This document shows positions 1 through 12,943 of a stretch of 64,000 nt of DNA, one piece after another (within the stretch, counting starts at the first letter, position 1; each line of letters opens with the position of its first letter). Position numbers and translations under genes: made by a program. The notes under the pieces were generated by a model. The model had not been told where the DNA came from, did no database searches, and worked only from the letters and a program-made list of their open reading frames with translations. Source of the DNA: Trichoplax sp. H2 (taxonomy: Eukaryota); the NCBI GenBank assembly GCA_003344405.1, contig NOWV01000202.1, positions 62,001 to 126,000 of the forward strand, written 5' to 3'.

Positions 1-39
1 CAAATTGTTAGTCTGCTCTTAATTAAATTATTAAACAAG

Positions 40-330
40 ATATTCTATCCGACAGAAGAGAAATCATAATATACATGGTATATGTATATTATTTCATTCA
101 TCGTTTATTTGAATTTGAGAGCTATGCAGATGAAGAATTAAACGTTAAACTTCCGGTGTATTACAAATAATAATCATGGCATGTAGTTGAATTAGACGAT
201 GTATCGATGAAGGAAATTTTCAGCCTACTCTCAATCAAGGTCATCTATCCGCTACTGGAGAAATTATAATATGCATGGTATACGTATATGAGCTCATTCA
301 TCATCTATTTGAATTTGAGATTTATAAAAT
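40..330. repeat. Diverged ~200-bp tandem repeat
   Basis: tctatccg...gagaaat.ataatat.catggtata.gtatat...tcattcatc.t.tatttgaatttgaga at ~44 and ~244. Confidence 0.75.
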
Positions 331-3300
331 GGAGAATGAAACGTTTAATCGGAATTCTCTATACACTAAGAGTAAAATTAATATCTTGTATTTAAATTAA
401 GATCATATAAGAAAGAAGAAATTAAATTTTCAATCTAATTTTATAGATAATCTATCCAGTTCGAAGCGTATTGTAAATATTATGCATATATACCAGCTTA
501 TTCATCGACCAGCTAAAATCAGACGATAAGCTCATAAGAATACGGGTTAGGAATCAATCCTGAAACAAACTTAACCTAGGTGTCAATGAAGAAATGNNNN
601 NNNNNNNNNNNNNNNNAATGGTCTCTAGGTAACACTAGTTGGACTAATTTCACTGATTCGATTAAATCATCAGATACTTTTATGGATTTTCACATTTGTG
701 AAATGCACCGTAGTCTAAGAGATTTAATGTACTTATTGTGTATTAAAATGTTATAAAGAAAGTCTAATAAATCGCTGAAATAATAGAGAAAGTATAACGT
801 TATCAAGACTATGAATACGGTTATCCTAGAATGCCATAAATATCTACTGAGTAGCTAAAATAGTAGAGAAAGTATAGCATTATCGATAGCTATACACAAT
901 GTTATCTAGAAAAAATGTAGTCAATAACGTCTAACGAATAGCTGAAATAATAGAGAAACTATANNNNNNNNNNNNNNNNNNNNATCTAATTTTATAGATA
1001 ATCTATCCAGTTCGAAGCGTATTGTAAATATTATGCATATATACCAGCTTATTCATCGACCAGCTAAAATCAGACGATAAGCTCATAAGAATACGGGTTA
1101 GGAATCAATCCTGAAACAAACTTAACCTAGGTGTCAATGAAGAAATGATAATAAACCTCTGCATTTGTCGTCTAGCTGGGTTGGTACGGTACTGATCAAA
1201 ATATTACCCTTTTAATCTGTGCTTCAATAAGATAATCCTCCTATAACGAAAATTATATCGTGTTCGCTATATATATCAGTATTAAGTATTAAATAGACGA
1301 AAAGTTGCAAAATATTTTGAACTGATATCGATCTCAAGCCTTGAACGACGTTGCTACATTACCGACTAAGACAACTAGAAAATATAAGCTGCAGTAGTCA
1401 AAGGGGTAAACTATTTCGACCCATTTTATTCTTGGGAATTAAAAATGGCAACTCAAGAAGTGCGCAATTTCTATATCCATTACCAATAGAATACAGGAAG
1501 AATTGGATCGTAGATAAGATCTAATCCAGCATAAATAATTCAGGAGGAGATTTTACAAACATTGACAGCAAGTGGCCATGGAACACGACACGAAAAGTCA
1601 ATCATTATTGAATCCATGTTTTTTTCTTATTCTAAAAGTATTATGTAAATCTACTGTACCTAAATTAAGGTATTACAACAGTCGATATTTTTATATATTG
1701 TCTCTCCCTCTCGCTCCCACCCCTTGGAGATAAATTACAATTTGACGTAATTTATTGGTAGAAGGCACCAAAAGTAATAATTATTCTTGCTTTAATATTA
1801 CAACTTTATGCAATGGCAGAAACAGGTTCATGCTAATAGCAGAAGAAATCATCCTTTGATCAATCAGTCTAGAATAGTTATTAATCGATTTAAAAGGTTA
1901 CGGGTCCATTCCTATTTACAGTAATACGAGTATATATATACATTTTCCATGTAAGGCATAATCTCTTTGATTCTATATATATAACTTGGACTGTGTCCAA
2001 AGATCAACTTTATTAGGGTAATTGAGTTGAATAACGAAAGAAATTATCCCTGGATAAATCATTTTCGATTAGTTATTGATTGGCATAGATAACCACAGGT
2101 ATATTGCTATTTCTTACAACATCTTCTGTACTGCAATAAGATCGATAGTCATGTAGAATGGGAATCCAGTGGACATCAATTACTTTCCTGTATAATATGA
2201 AAGTTGCCAATAGAAATTTACGTCTAACACTTTGCTTTCGTTAATTAATACAATCGTGTTGTTTTTATTGGACGCTTTTAATTAGGATTCAATGATGGAT
2301 AGAAAGGTCTCAGGTAAAATGAAGAACAATTACTAAAACATTTTTTGAAAAATGAAACGATTCATGAATCGATTGGCCATGAAAGATTTGTCATCATGGA
2401 CTATCCTGGAATAAGATCCAATCCTATCAAGGATCGCGCCATGAAAGAGGTTTCAAACTTTTGTAAATTATTTTCTATCCTGTACGATGTATTGCTGATC
2501 AATCAACAACTCTAGTTAATTTTAAAAGACAGCTCATCAATTAAGGTCAATAAGAGTCAGCCCCATGAATCCAGCAGGAATCAAAATAAAGAACATTCTA
2601 TAATTAGTAGGTGTATACTATGATTTAAAGTAACTAACTATTTTTAAAATAAAGTGAGAATGGAGCTAGCATTTGCGTTTACGTTGAAGGAATTGCATTG
2701 AATGACAAAAACTATTAGCGCTTGACTGATTAATAAAATGTAACGAATTTTATTTTAATCACTTGGAGTGGCTCAATTGATAAGTATGAAACTTGAATGA
2801 AAAGAAGAACATATACCTGAATTGCATTTATCCATAACCCTTACATTACCCTAACTTACGCCAACTACTGTAAAATCTTTTCTGCGTATAATAAATTCTA
2901 CCGTGTTTTTATTATACTTTTACTGCTTATTGCCAATAGACACAATAAATTGGTCTTGAATTAAAGAAAACACTGTATGAGCCTTTTCGGGGTGGACGGA
3001 TGTTCACGACCTGCCAACGAGCAGTTGCTAAACTGTTAAACTAGCCATCATGGGCGTTTTATTAGCGCCTTAATCAAGATTGATGTGGTCAGAAATAGTA
3101 AAATAGCCGATCAATGTCTGCAAGCATAGACTCATAGTTGAATGTATGCGAAGATTTCACTTTTTAAAAAGTATATAGAATGGAATAAAAGATTCATACC
3201 GTACTTATCGCTCAGTATCAATTGATATACAAATAAAGTAGAAACCGTAGTATAATTTGAAATAGTAAAATCAATGAATCGTTTTCGAGAGTTTATTTCT

Positions 3301-5653
3301 GCAGTAGCACGCTAACGAATTATTCAATTTCCAAGTCGAAATAGATTCTATAGTTACATATGCTATTTCTGAGATTGTCTAAATGTGGGATCTGCTCAAG
3401 TTCTGATTTTATACATAGTTGGAAAGTTTAACGAGTTTTTCTGCAAATTCAGCATAGAATATTCATAAAATAATAAATAATTAAGAAAAGAATTTGCAAA
3501 TAAATGAAATTTCAGTCATTATACATCAGCTAGATGATGACGGAGTGTCGTCGTTTAAAATCGTAACTGTGAAAGAAATAATATCGATAAATGATAAAGG
3601 ATGTGCTAACGGTGATAGCAGTTAAAATAGGAAATATTCACTCTCTTGTATAGCATCTTCTACCGGTAATTGTAGATTATAGTTCAATTCTTTTCTACAT
3701 TACCTTTCCTTGCTTTCTCTTGTGGTATCGATTGCGCACGTAAGCGTTGATCTAGAATGTACACCATTTCACCGCCAAGGTTGATAAACAGTAGAGGTAA
3801 AGTTTTGAGAGACATGGTGATAAAAAACAGGATAATAACGGTCTACAATCAGTAGATCGATAGGGCCTAATTGCAGGAAATATGAAAACGTGAATATAAA
3901 GTTAGTCTTTAAATGAGGATACAGTGAATGCTGTAATATAGCAGAAATAACGACTAGCACTAGAAATAGTTTATCAAACAAATTAGTGCTCGATGAGTTC
4001 GAGGTAAACTAAGTCAATGGTTTAATTGATCTACTTGCGATAGCATTGAGAATGCTTCCATTACAGTTCATGTCAATATATTACTTCAAGAAAGAATTGA
4101 AAATTTCAACTCGATTCTTGAACAAAATAAAAATCCATAACCCTTCGAATACTGGCCATACTAAAATTGATGGTATGATAGAAAGTGAGCTACCGTGATT
4201 AATTCTTATTTTTATCGCGTTGAAGCTTTAACTTGTATTTTACAAGAGATTTCAATAATCAAACTTTACTTATACAAGACTTACCTAATGATTGAAAAAG
4301 TAATAGAATAATAATCTATGTTAAGTTGTAAGAGAAATGATGGATGAATGATATCCTTGTTTTATTGGATTGGATAGTAATATTAATATCAATGGCTGGG
4401 TATCTTTTCTTTACTTGGATGACTTCTTAAAATAGTTTCAACTGCAAGGAACACCAATAATTTAAGCTTAATCATCAGGCAATATAAATATATTGGAGAA
4501 TCTTTACTTATAATATCGATTCATCCGTCGTTTTAAAATATAAATATTCAAATTCGAGAACGCTTTAATATGATTAAGGAATATTATTATGAGAAAAAAA
4601 AGTCAATTTACAATAAATTAGCAATATTTACTTCGACTGCCTATCATATAGAGCTAATAAATTGTTTGAAAAGAACGCTTAATCAATATCTTAATTGATT
4701 CAAAACTATCTAAGAAGAAAATATTCTTTCTAAATCAAGTAAATTATACATACATAGCTATCGATCGAGTGCATTGATCTTTTATTTCCCTCCTTCTTTG
4801 GGCTGCTTTTCAGCTCAATCGTTCTAGCGTTGACGTATTGTTCATGGGTAAGAGAACAGGCCCTCAGACAAGCTATTTATACAACCAATTGAACCGATTG
4901 GATAGTGGATTTAATAGCAAGCGTTATGGTCTTTATTGCATAGAAATTGCCTATTACTCTGGGATGTATCTGTCAATGGATAGAAAATGGATGATTGCAT
5001 ACTCTATCTACAATCAAGCCAATAATGGCTACAATTGGGTATTAACTCATAATTGCCGATCTATTGTCCGGTCCTGCGCAATCCTTCCACAATAGTTAGA
5101 AATACTGTCGGTAAATTCATGTTAGCATGAAATATTTCATGACTGCCCATAACTGACTAAGGCAGAGTCAATAGAAGAAGCCTATCATGACATAAATAAA
5201 CTCGGCAGGTTTGCAAAGAATGGACTTGTACAATAATATACGAAGACGAGCCATTTAAACTTGCTTGATTCGTTGTCAATATCTCTTATACAAATAGAAC
5301 TTATTAGTCTACGATGTTACTATAGCAACTGCAAGCAATGCCTGAGGATAGTGTTCTAGAATGGGCTGAGAAATTCGATTGCTCAATACATTATTCGGTC
5401 CTAGTCATAATTTTGATATAGACCTCGCTGTGGAACCCTATGACAATATATATTACTTTATGTATCTAAAATGATTTTATTTGTATCTGCATAACTATAA
5501 ATAGAAGGACTACGGATAGAGTACTTGTATTGGTCATGTATTGCCTATTTGGACATCAGAGCCAATTCGTCCATTACTGGACGGCAGCGTACACGGCATA
5601 TACATACTTAAAGGTTATGCTATAGAAATTCAACATCGAAGAAAGATACGTAA

Positions 5654-5966
5654 ACAGAGATAAAGCTTCGGGCTGTGTCAGTTAATTGCTATTAAAATGC
5701 AGCATAACAGTAATTTTGTAATTAATTATTAGAGCAGAATCAGCCTCGATCCAATCCTGGTTTAAATGACGCCTTGCCCTGAGGATATCCATTTTAGCCA
5801 ATGTTATGCCATGAAAATTCAGCATTGAAGTGAATATGCATCGACAGAGATAGTACTTCGAGCTGTGTTAGCTGATGTCCATTAAAGTGCTGCATAAAAA
5901 TAATTATTAAAGCAGAATCAGCCTCGATCTAATCCTATTTTAAATGATGTTATGACCTGAGGATAT
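5654..5966. repeat. Diverged tandem duplication (~190-bp period, 2 copies)
   Basis: ACAGAGATA...CTTCG.GCTGTGT...AGCAGAATCAGCCTCGATC.AATCCT...TTTAAATGA...CCTGAGGATAT occurs at ~5654 and ~5844. Confidence 0.8.
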
Positions 5967-5999
5967 TCTTTAGCAGATTGAGCTGACTAGGGGCATTAT

Positions 6000-6615
6000 G
6001 TGATAAAATATTTAAACATTGTTTTTAGTAATAGATCTTGCCATTAAACTGTTTTCGGATATATCTTTCATTAGGATAAGCCAATTGCATGTATCGCCCG
6101 ATAGAATATTTAGATTTACACGATATTTTTAGTAACAAATCATTTTATTAAATTGTTCTTCGGAATCATTTATTGGAATGAACTAATTGGATGTGTAACT
6201 CGACAAAATATCCAAATGATAGTTTATAGCCATAGATCTTGTGATTTAAGTGTTTATCAGATACAAATTTCTTAGTGTAGGCTGATTGGTTGTAGTACTT
6301 ATTAAAATATTTAGATTTTGACGAAATTTTTAGTTACGGACCTTGTAGATGCGTCGCTCGATAAAATATGAAGATTTGACGATATTTTTTTGTAATAGTT
6401 CTTATTATTAAGCTATTTATCAGATACAGGTTATAGAATGAACTACTAAGATGTAGCTCTGTATAAAAATTCAGATTTAGACGCCACTTTTAGTAATAAA
6501 TCTCTTTATGAAACTACTCATCAGATAAACTGTTTATTAGAATGAGCTAATTCGATGAATTTATCTATGAAATATTCAGATTTAGATATTATTTTTAACA
6601 TTGGGTCTTGTAATT
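6000..6615. repeat. Degenerate ~100-110-bp tandem repeat (about 6 units)
   Basis: Recurring ataaaatatttagattt.gacgatatttttagtaata.atctt...attaa.ctgttt.tc.gata motif. Confidence 0.7.
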
Positions 6616-8581
6616 AAGGCCATTTAAATATGTTAAAGAATGTTTCGTGTATACGTATTTCTATAGCTGCAATAATATAATTATAGCCAATAGAATTCAG
6701 GAAGAGTGTGCAGCAAGGCCATAGTTTGTGCATGTATTTAATAAAAACAAACAGGTCAAATAATTGAGGGCGGTGTAAAAGAAAACATTTGAGCTACATC
6801 ATAAAAATTTTAGCATTGATTTTGATGTGTATAAACTGGTGTATTACTATATTAAATAGGTATCACTTGATGCCGATTTTAGATCTTTCAAACATAAAAA
6901 ATTAATAATTTTAGTTTAGCTTGACTTTAATCCTCTTTAAGAAATTTGTTTTTACTGAATAAATAGGTATACTAAATATAATACATCATTGCTGGCAATG
7001 ATATAGAGTATTTCAAGTCAAAATAGAGGTAATGATAGCTACTCATAAAGTTTAAGAGTATTTACCTTAGGTTACAGTAGTATCGCCATCAATTGACCCG
7101 TGGTATTTTATAGAAATCTTATTTATGCTATTGCTTACTAAGTACTTTTTAAATTTGTTGATTAATCTCTTCATTAACGTGCACAGCGTCGTATATTGAA
7201 TTGGTGTTAAGAAAAGTCATATTCAAATTTTTTACTTCGCCAGAATTCAATTGATTCACAGAAGTTCGATACTAATATATAAGTCAATATACGATGACAA
7301 ATTAACTATTTTAGTTCTATATAATTTAACTTAGTCAAAACCTATTTCATTTACTATAAAGTAATCATGTTTCTGTATGAACAACAGCAAACGTTTCTAT
7401 CCTTGGAAAGGCTACTAGAAGTCAATAAACTGCACCATAGAATACTAGTGCTGACGGCAAGGACCATTGTACGTAAATGTTGATCTGTTATTCTGTTATA
7501 TTCGATAAATTGACGATGAGTAAATTAGAGCAGTGCCAATTGTAATCGTACGAGCGTTTAATTCTATCAAGTAACAGTATGAGCACCTTCTGAGTTGTTC
7601 GTTAGTCTAGGTTACAAGGCACGTAGATCAGTTACGGTACCGATATCTTGATTTAAGAACCCAATGGATTCTAGTCTTAACAAAATTAGAGAAAGAAAGA
7701 CAATATCCCAGATATTACTGGAAGTATAAGCATCTTGTTTCCTACTTTACAAACGGAACTAATCAGTTGGTTAAACTTCATCTATTTTATGATATACGAG
7801 TATTTCCTAAGAAATATAGCATAATGGCATCAGGTTCCATGTCTAAATGAAATTGGTTGACTTCAGCATATCATACCTAGAAATTTTTCTTTATTATTTA
7901 GATACATAAATCTTGAATAAAGCATACGATGAAATTTATAAAACTTTTAAAGCAGTAGTTTACAGTGAGCAATTGTCTCCGTATCAGGAAAAAGTCTTCA
8001 TGCAAGCTATTACATGCTAAGCCATATCGTAACACTGATTCTCTAAATCCTAAGCAACACAGTGAGGATATAAAATTATGAGATGTTTACATTAATGTTT
8101 ACGTATACAAATAATACTTTAAATAGCAAATTTTGATAATACAGTAAAATAAGCAAGCACTAAGCATAGTACCCTGATATTAACAATAATAGCGGCCAAT
8201 TTTACGCTATTCGCCATCACTGATCATTACCATGCATTTAAATATTTTTACCTAGAAGTTGGATACTTAAATTATTAAATTGGTAAGAATTTTAAGAGAT
8301 GAGGAATACTTATTTTTCCTAATAGAAATTAAAATATAATGCTAAACTTCAATTTATGATACGTAATACGTATATCACGAATAGAAGAATTAAGCGATAG
8401 TCACGTTTATGAGTCAGCAACAGTTCTGCCATAACCTTAACTTCAGTCAGTAATTAAGGAAAAACACTATACAAATATTAAGATGATAATATAAACATTT
8501 CCAGCGTCATTTCTTTCTTATAGTTAGTTTCCAGATTCTCAACGCAACAGCTAAATGGTGGAAAAGTTACTAGTTGATAAT

Positions 8582-10433
8582 TTATTGCAGTTTTGGTCTT
8601 CTACGCGGCTTTGAAACTCGAAATCGCTCTTTGATCTTAGCCTTATTTTCATCCAGTTTGCCTTGAAGTATTCTTATTTCTGATAGCAATTGCGATGACG
8701 AATTTGTTTCTTGCACGCGGTCTCCAGAACCTGATAAATCCATCACTTTGATTTCGATTTTATTTTCTTTAAGCGCTTTCCGATGCCAATAATTATCAGA
8801 AAAATAATTAACCCTATCATTAGATAACTGCTTTAACTGACAATTGAGTTTATACATCTGTAATCGGATTAGCCAGTGTTCCCAAATTAGTTGACAATCA
8901 TCTGCTGTAATGCGGATCACTGTTGCAGGCTGACCATCGTTGTAAACAATAACGATAGCTACTGAATCGACCTAAACACAGAATTTGCTATGTTAGTACA
9001 TTTACTTAGGTATTTGTAAGACTCAAATTATTCACTTATTAAAATTTAGACGTTAATTATCCTACAATAAGATTACTAAAAATCTTACAAGTTGCTCATT
9101 ATATTGGGCATTTGACAACCAATTTGTAACTATCGAGAGCGAATGAGCCATACTGTAGATACTAGCATGTATTCGAAAAGTATTTTAAGTTTACCTGAAA
9201 AGGGTAATTAAAGTCTTGGTTTATGGCACCTGCATATGCAACTGCTTGGTATGGATAATCATAACAATCGAAAATGGAAAGTTTAGGGTTCTTAGATGTT
9301 TTCCAATCGAAAACGCATGTTTCACCTCTATCAATAACATACAGTTGTAACCAGTGGAATAGAACTTAATATTAATTTCAATAGCTTTATTTATGTAGTT
9401 GTAATCATGAACACCAAGCAAGACGTGCTATTTTTATTATTCACGTTACCTAAATTGTGCTACAGCGTCCACCGTACCCGCATAACCTAGATTACTATGC
9501 CAAACACAACTTTCCAAGGCGTGGACTTGTGTGACTTCATCGAGTACATGAGATACACTATGCCAGTATTCTGTTGTCTTAAAATAGTCTATCAACTCTT
9601 TATCACTCAGGTAATCTCTGATTAACTAGATAGACAAATGAAAGAACTAAAATTAACACCATAGTCGTGTATGTACTAATTGTACTTGCTTAACTATTTA
9701 AACCCAAATTATGCAAACAGATCTATAACGATTGTAAATAATTTAGTTTTTAGTATTTTACTTCATGTAATGAGTGGCCACGTTTACGAATTAGATCAAC
9801 GTATTTTCGAAGTTCATTTTTTCCTAATGACTGGACTAGCTTCTCTTGTTCAGGTGTTAATTCTGCAGGCAAGCCTTGTTCTCCCATCTCATTCTCCAAG
9901 ACATCCAAACGCGTTGTTGTTAATAGGTGAGTTTGCTCAACAAGCTCAGCCCAATTACTACCTCCGTACTCCTTATCTTTCAACTTATCAAGCTTAGCAG
10001 TAGCCACCTTTTCTTCTTCGTCTACCGAGACATTAGTTGTTGTAGATGTCTTATGATACTCCAAATGACCTAATTGCAACTGTGCTTTCTGCTTCCATTT
10101 TTGTATTCGTATATAATCACCATACGACATGGAATTTTTTAAGATTGTTGTCACACTTGCTAGCTTATTCTCCTCATCGGTATACGTAACGTCTCCATTA
10201 TGACTCTTTTGCTTTGGTAAGGTGATACAGATAGGACGGGTAAACTGTAAGGGATCATCAATATTACTCTGCTCAACTTTGCTATTAGGCTTGAAAGGAT
10301 ATTGAATCTTAGGGACTGTGCAATAGCGAATATTACATATCCATGATAGTATAATCTTTGGGCTAGAATAATTTTTGATCCGATGATACAGCTTACTTGT
10401 TGCAAGATTGTGAGATAATGTAAGTAACATCAT
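8582..10433 (-). CDS. MGME1: Mitochondrial genome maintenance exonuclease 1 (PD-(D/E)XK nuclease), 4 exons, ~456 aa
   Basis: Hand-spliced exons on the minus strand: 10433-9762, 9625-9450, 9327-9195, 8971-8582. All introns are GT-AG with consistent phases (1371 nt total). Motifs match MGME1 as I know it: LASVTTILKNSM..IQKWKQKAQLQLG, RGHSLHE, ALESCVWHSNLGYAGTVDAVAQFRG, CVFDWKTS, DYPYQAVAYAGAINQDFNYPFQV, IVIVYNDGQPA, WEHWLIRL. The N-terminus is basic and acid-free, like a mitochondrial presequence. Confidence 0.92.
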
Positions 10434-10797
10434 GGCAAGGTGATGATTATTGTAGTATAATGGATGGACTTGATTGTAAATTATACCTAGCAGATGCTTT
10501 GCAAGCTACAGCTTTATTTCCGTGTCATCAATAGTTAACATGGAGGATAGTTGATGTGGTTGAAGGACAGTTGGATTATGTGCATTAATTGCAATCAATT
10601 TTCTGCCGATCAGCGCGGGATAGAAATTGTCACGCATTCTTTTAATGCCTAATTAATAATCCCTGTACTCTATATTTAGTATAGACTCAATAAGGCAAGA
10701 GACCGTAGTATGAGTAGTACGAATTACGATACTGTACTTACTATGCTGTACTATGCTAATGAGGTCATGGAGACTGCACAATAGAGCTAACCATCTA

Positions 10798-10931
10798 AAT
10801 TAGTATTTTTGGTTCACTTAGCTGAAACTGGATTTGTCGTATTTACCTTTTTCTTTTTTAACTAGACATATTCTTAACGGCATAATACACCAGTAGGACA
10901 GTTTCAGCCAAGTGTACCAAAAATATTAATT
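10798..10931. mobile_element. Small MITE-like element with 33-bp terminal inverted repeats
   Basis: AATTAGTATTTTTGGTTCACTTAGCTGAAACTG (10798-10830) matches the reverse complement of 10899-10931 with 3 mismatches. Confidence 0.6.
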
Positions 10932-12943
10932 CAGTTCGATGGATCTACACTACTGTACAACGCTGTTCATAACTAGGCCTACTGCGTGAGAAGATAGTAT
11001 TAGCAACTTTTACTTGTTTTTTTTAATCGTTGGATATATACAGGAACATTTATTATTGGTTTCATTCTCATTTCATCATGTTACGAATTTTTTTCTGAGT
11101 ACACTACTGTATTTGTACCATACTTTTATTATTTCACCTTAATTAACAGTACCAAAAATTACTGTACACGGTGTCTCATAAGTATTTCCCACTGTTTGAA
11201 ATTATAATTTCAAGTCCTTCCTTATTAGACAAATTTGGTATCATTTGATTTGTATGACAGTAATTTTTGCCAGCAGAATACAGTACATACAGTACAGTCC
11301 GTATGGTATGAGCATGCGTAGATCGGTTTAAGGGCAAATCATTAAATTGGGGCAAAATTAGGGGCATTACCTTAAATGCAAAATTTAAAGAAGGGTATAT
11401 CATTAATTTTCCCTATTATTTATTGTAGTGCACATATATTCCTTATTTCTTGATGACTCTATTATTAGTCTAAGACTCTACTTATCAAAGTATACAGAAA
11501 CGTTATTGCTGTCGAAGACAGTGCAACCACAACGCTGGTATGATATAGGAACAGAGGCTTACAGAGTAACAATGTACATTTAATGACAATCTACGGTCAG
11601 AANNNNNNNNNNNNNNNNNNNNTTTATTATTGGTTTCATTCTCATTTCATCATGTTCGAATTTTTTTCTGAGTACACTACTGTATTTGTACCATACTTTT
11701 ATTATTTCACCTTAATTAACAGTACCAAAAATTACTGTACAGGGTGTCTCATAAGTATTTCCCACTGTTTGAAATTATAATTTCAAGTCCTCATTAGACA
11801 AATTTGGTATCATTTGATTTGTATGACAGTAATTTTTGCCAGCATTATTAGTCTAAGACTCTACTTATCAAAGTATACAGAAACGTTATTGCTGTCGAAG
11901 ACAGTGCAACCACAACGCTGGTATGATATAGGAACAGAGGCTTACAGTTACAATGTACATTTAATGACAATCTACGGTCAGAAAACTTTATTTGTTTTTC
12001 TGCTCTGTTCTATGAAGTTGTGCATTTAATTTATATTAATAATAGTAATCCTCTGTACCACAGATCCTATTAGTTAAAAATCTCTACAACTGAAAAGTAC
12101 GGTAGAGAAAGGTCCTGAACTTTTTACAGTGACCTATTAATTTTGTGTGCTGGCTGATTACCAATTATACGCGTAGACTATATTTTCTAGTGTAAGATTG
12201 CTTCACATCTGATTTGCTAGCAGCATTATACCATGTAGGTTACGAGCAATGAGTAGAATAGGATATATATAAAAATTAATCGATCAATGGATTTAATTGC
12301 AGCTATTCACGTAGTCTTTAGTAGCCAATAGCATTGTCATGAATGTAGGCAGAGGTAAGAAAATAAATTTGCAATTCAAGTATAGCCCATAAAAAGACAT
12401 AGGTTATGGTCATGAAGTTCAGGATATAGAATAACGATACATTCGATACATTTCCGGAAAGCAATTATTCCGTTTACGTTTTATTTATTAACATCTTAAT
12501 TTAGATTCGATTGTAGAGCGTTAAACTAGTCCATTCGCATATCTGCTACTTTGTACTAGAAGTGCACTGTTATAAATGAAGTTTTACCCATCAACAGCAG
12601 TCGTAGATATAAAAAGACTAAGGAGAGTAGAAATGAACAATAAAAAAGTCATCCGCACTCTGAAATCATTGTACTAATTATTACACTCACAATATTGTGA
12701 TCTTTGCTACTACTGTATAACACGTGAAAAGGTCACAATGTTAGCCGAATTAAAGCCATAATATAATTAGTCACTCATTCTGCGAATTTCTAGACGTAGC
12801 CTAATACAGCACGATAATTAATACATATACAGTATTTAGAGTATCTAAGAGTACCAAATGTATAAAAAACACGGTCTCATACACATTATTAATTAAGTCA
12901 TAACCTAGGCTCCATTGTGCTACAATATTGACAACTCACTTTA

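Noticed and set aside
433..1147. Exact 164-bp direct repeat (433-596 and 984-1147)
   Set aside because: Both copies abut N gaps, so this is most likely an assembly overlap artefact.
10434..10637. In-frame upstream extension of MGME1 (ATG at 10637)
   Set aside because: It is interrupted by TAG at 10508-10506. The ATG at 10433 has good context and starts a presequence-like peptide. At most this is a uORF.
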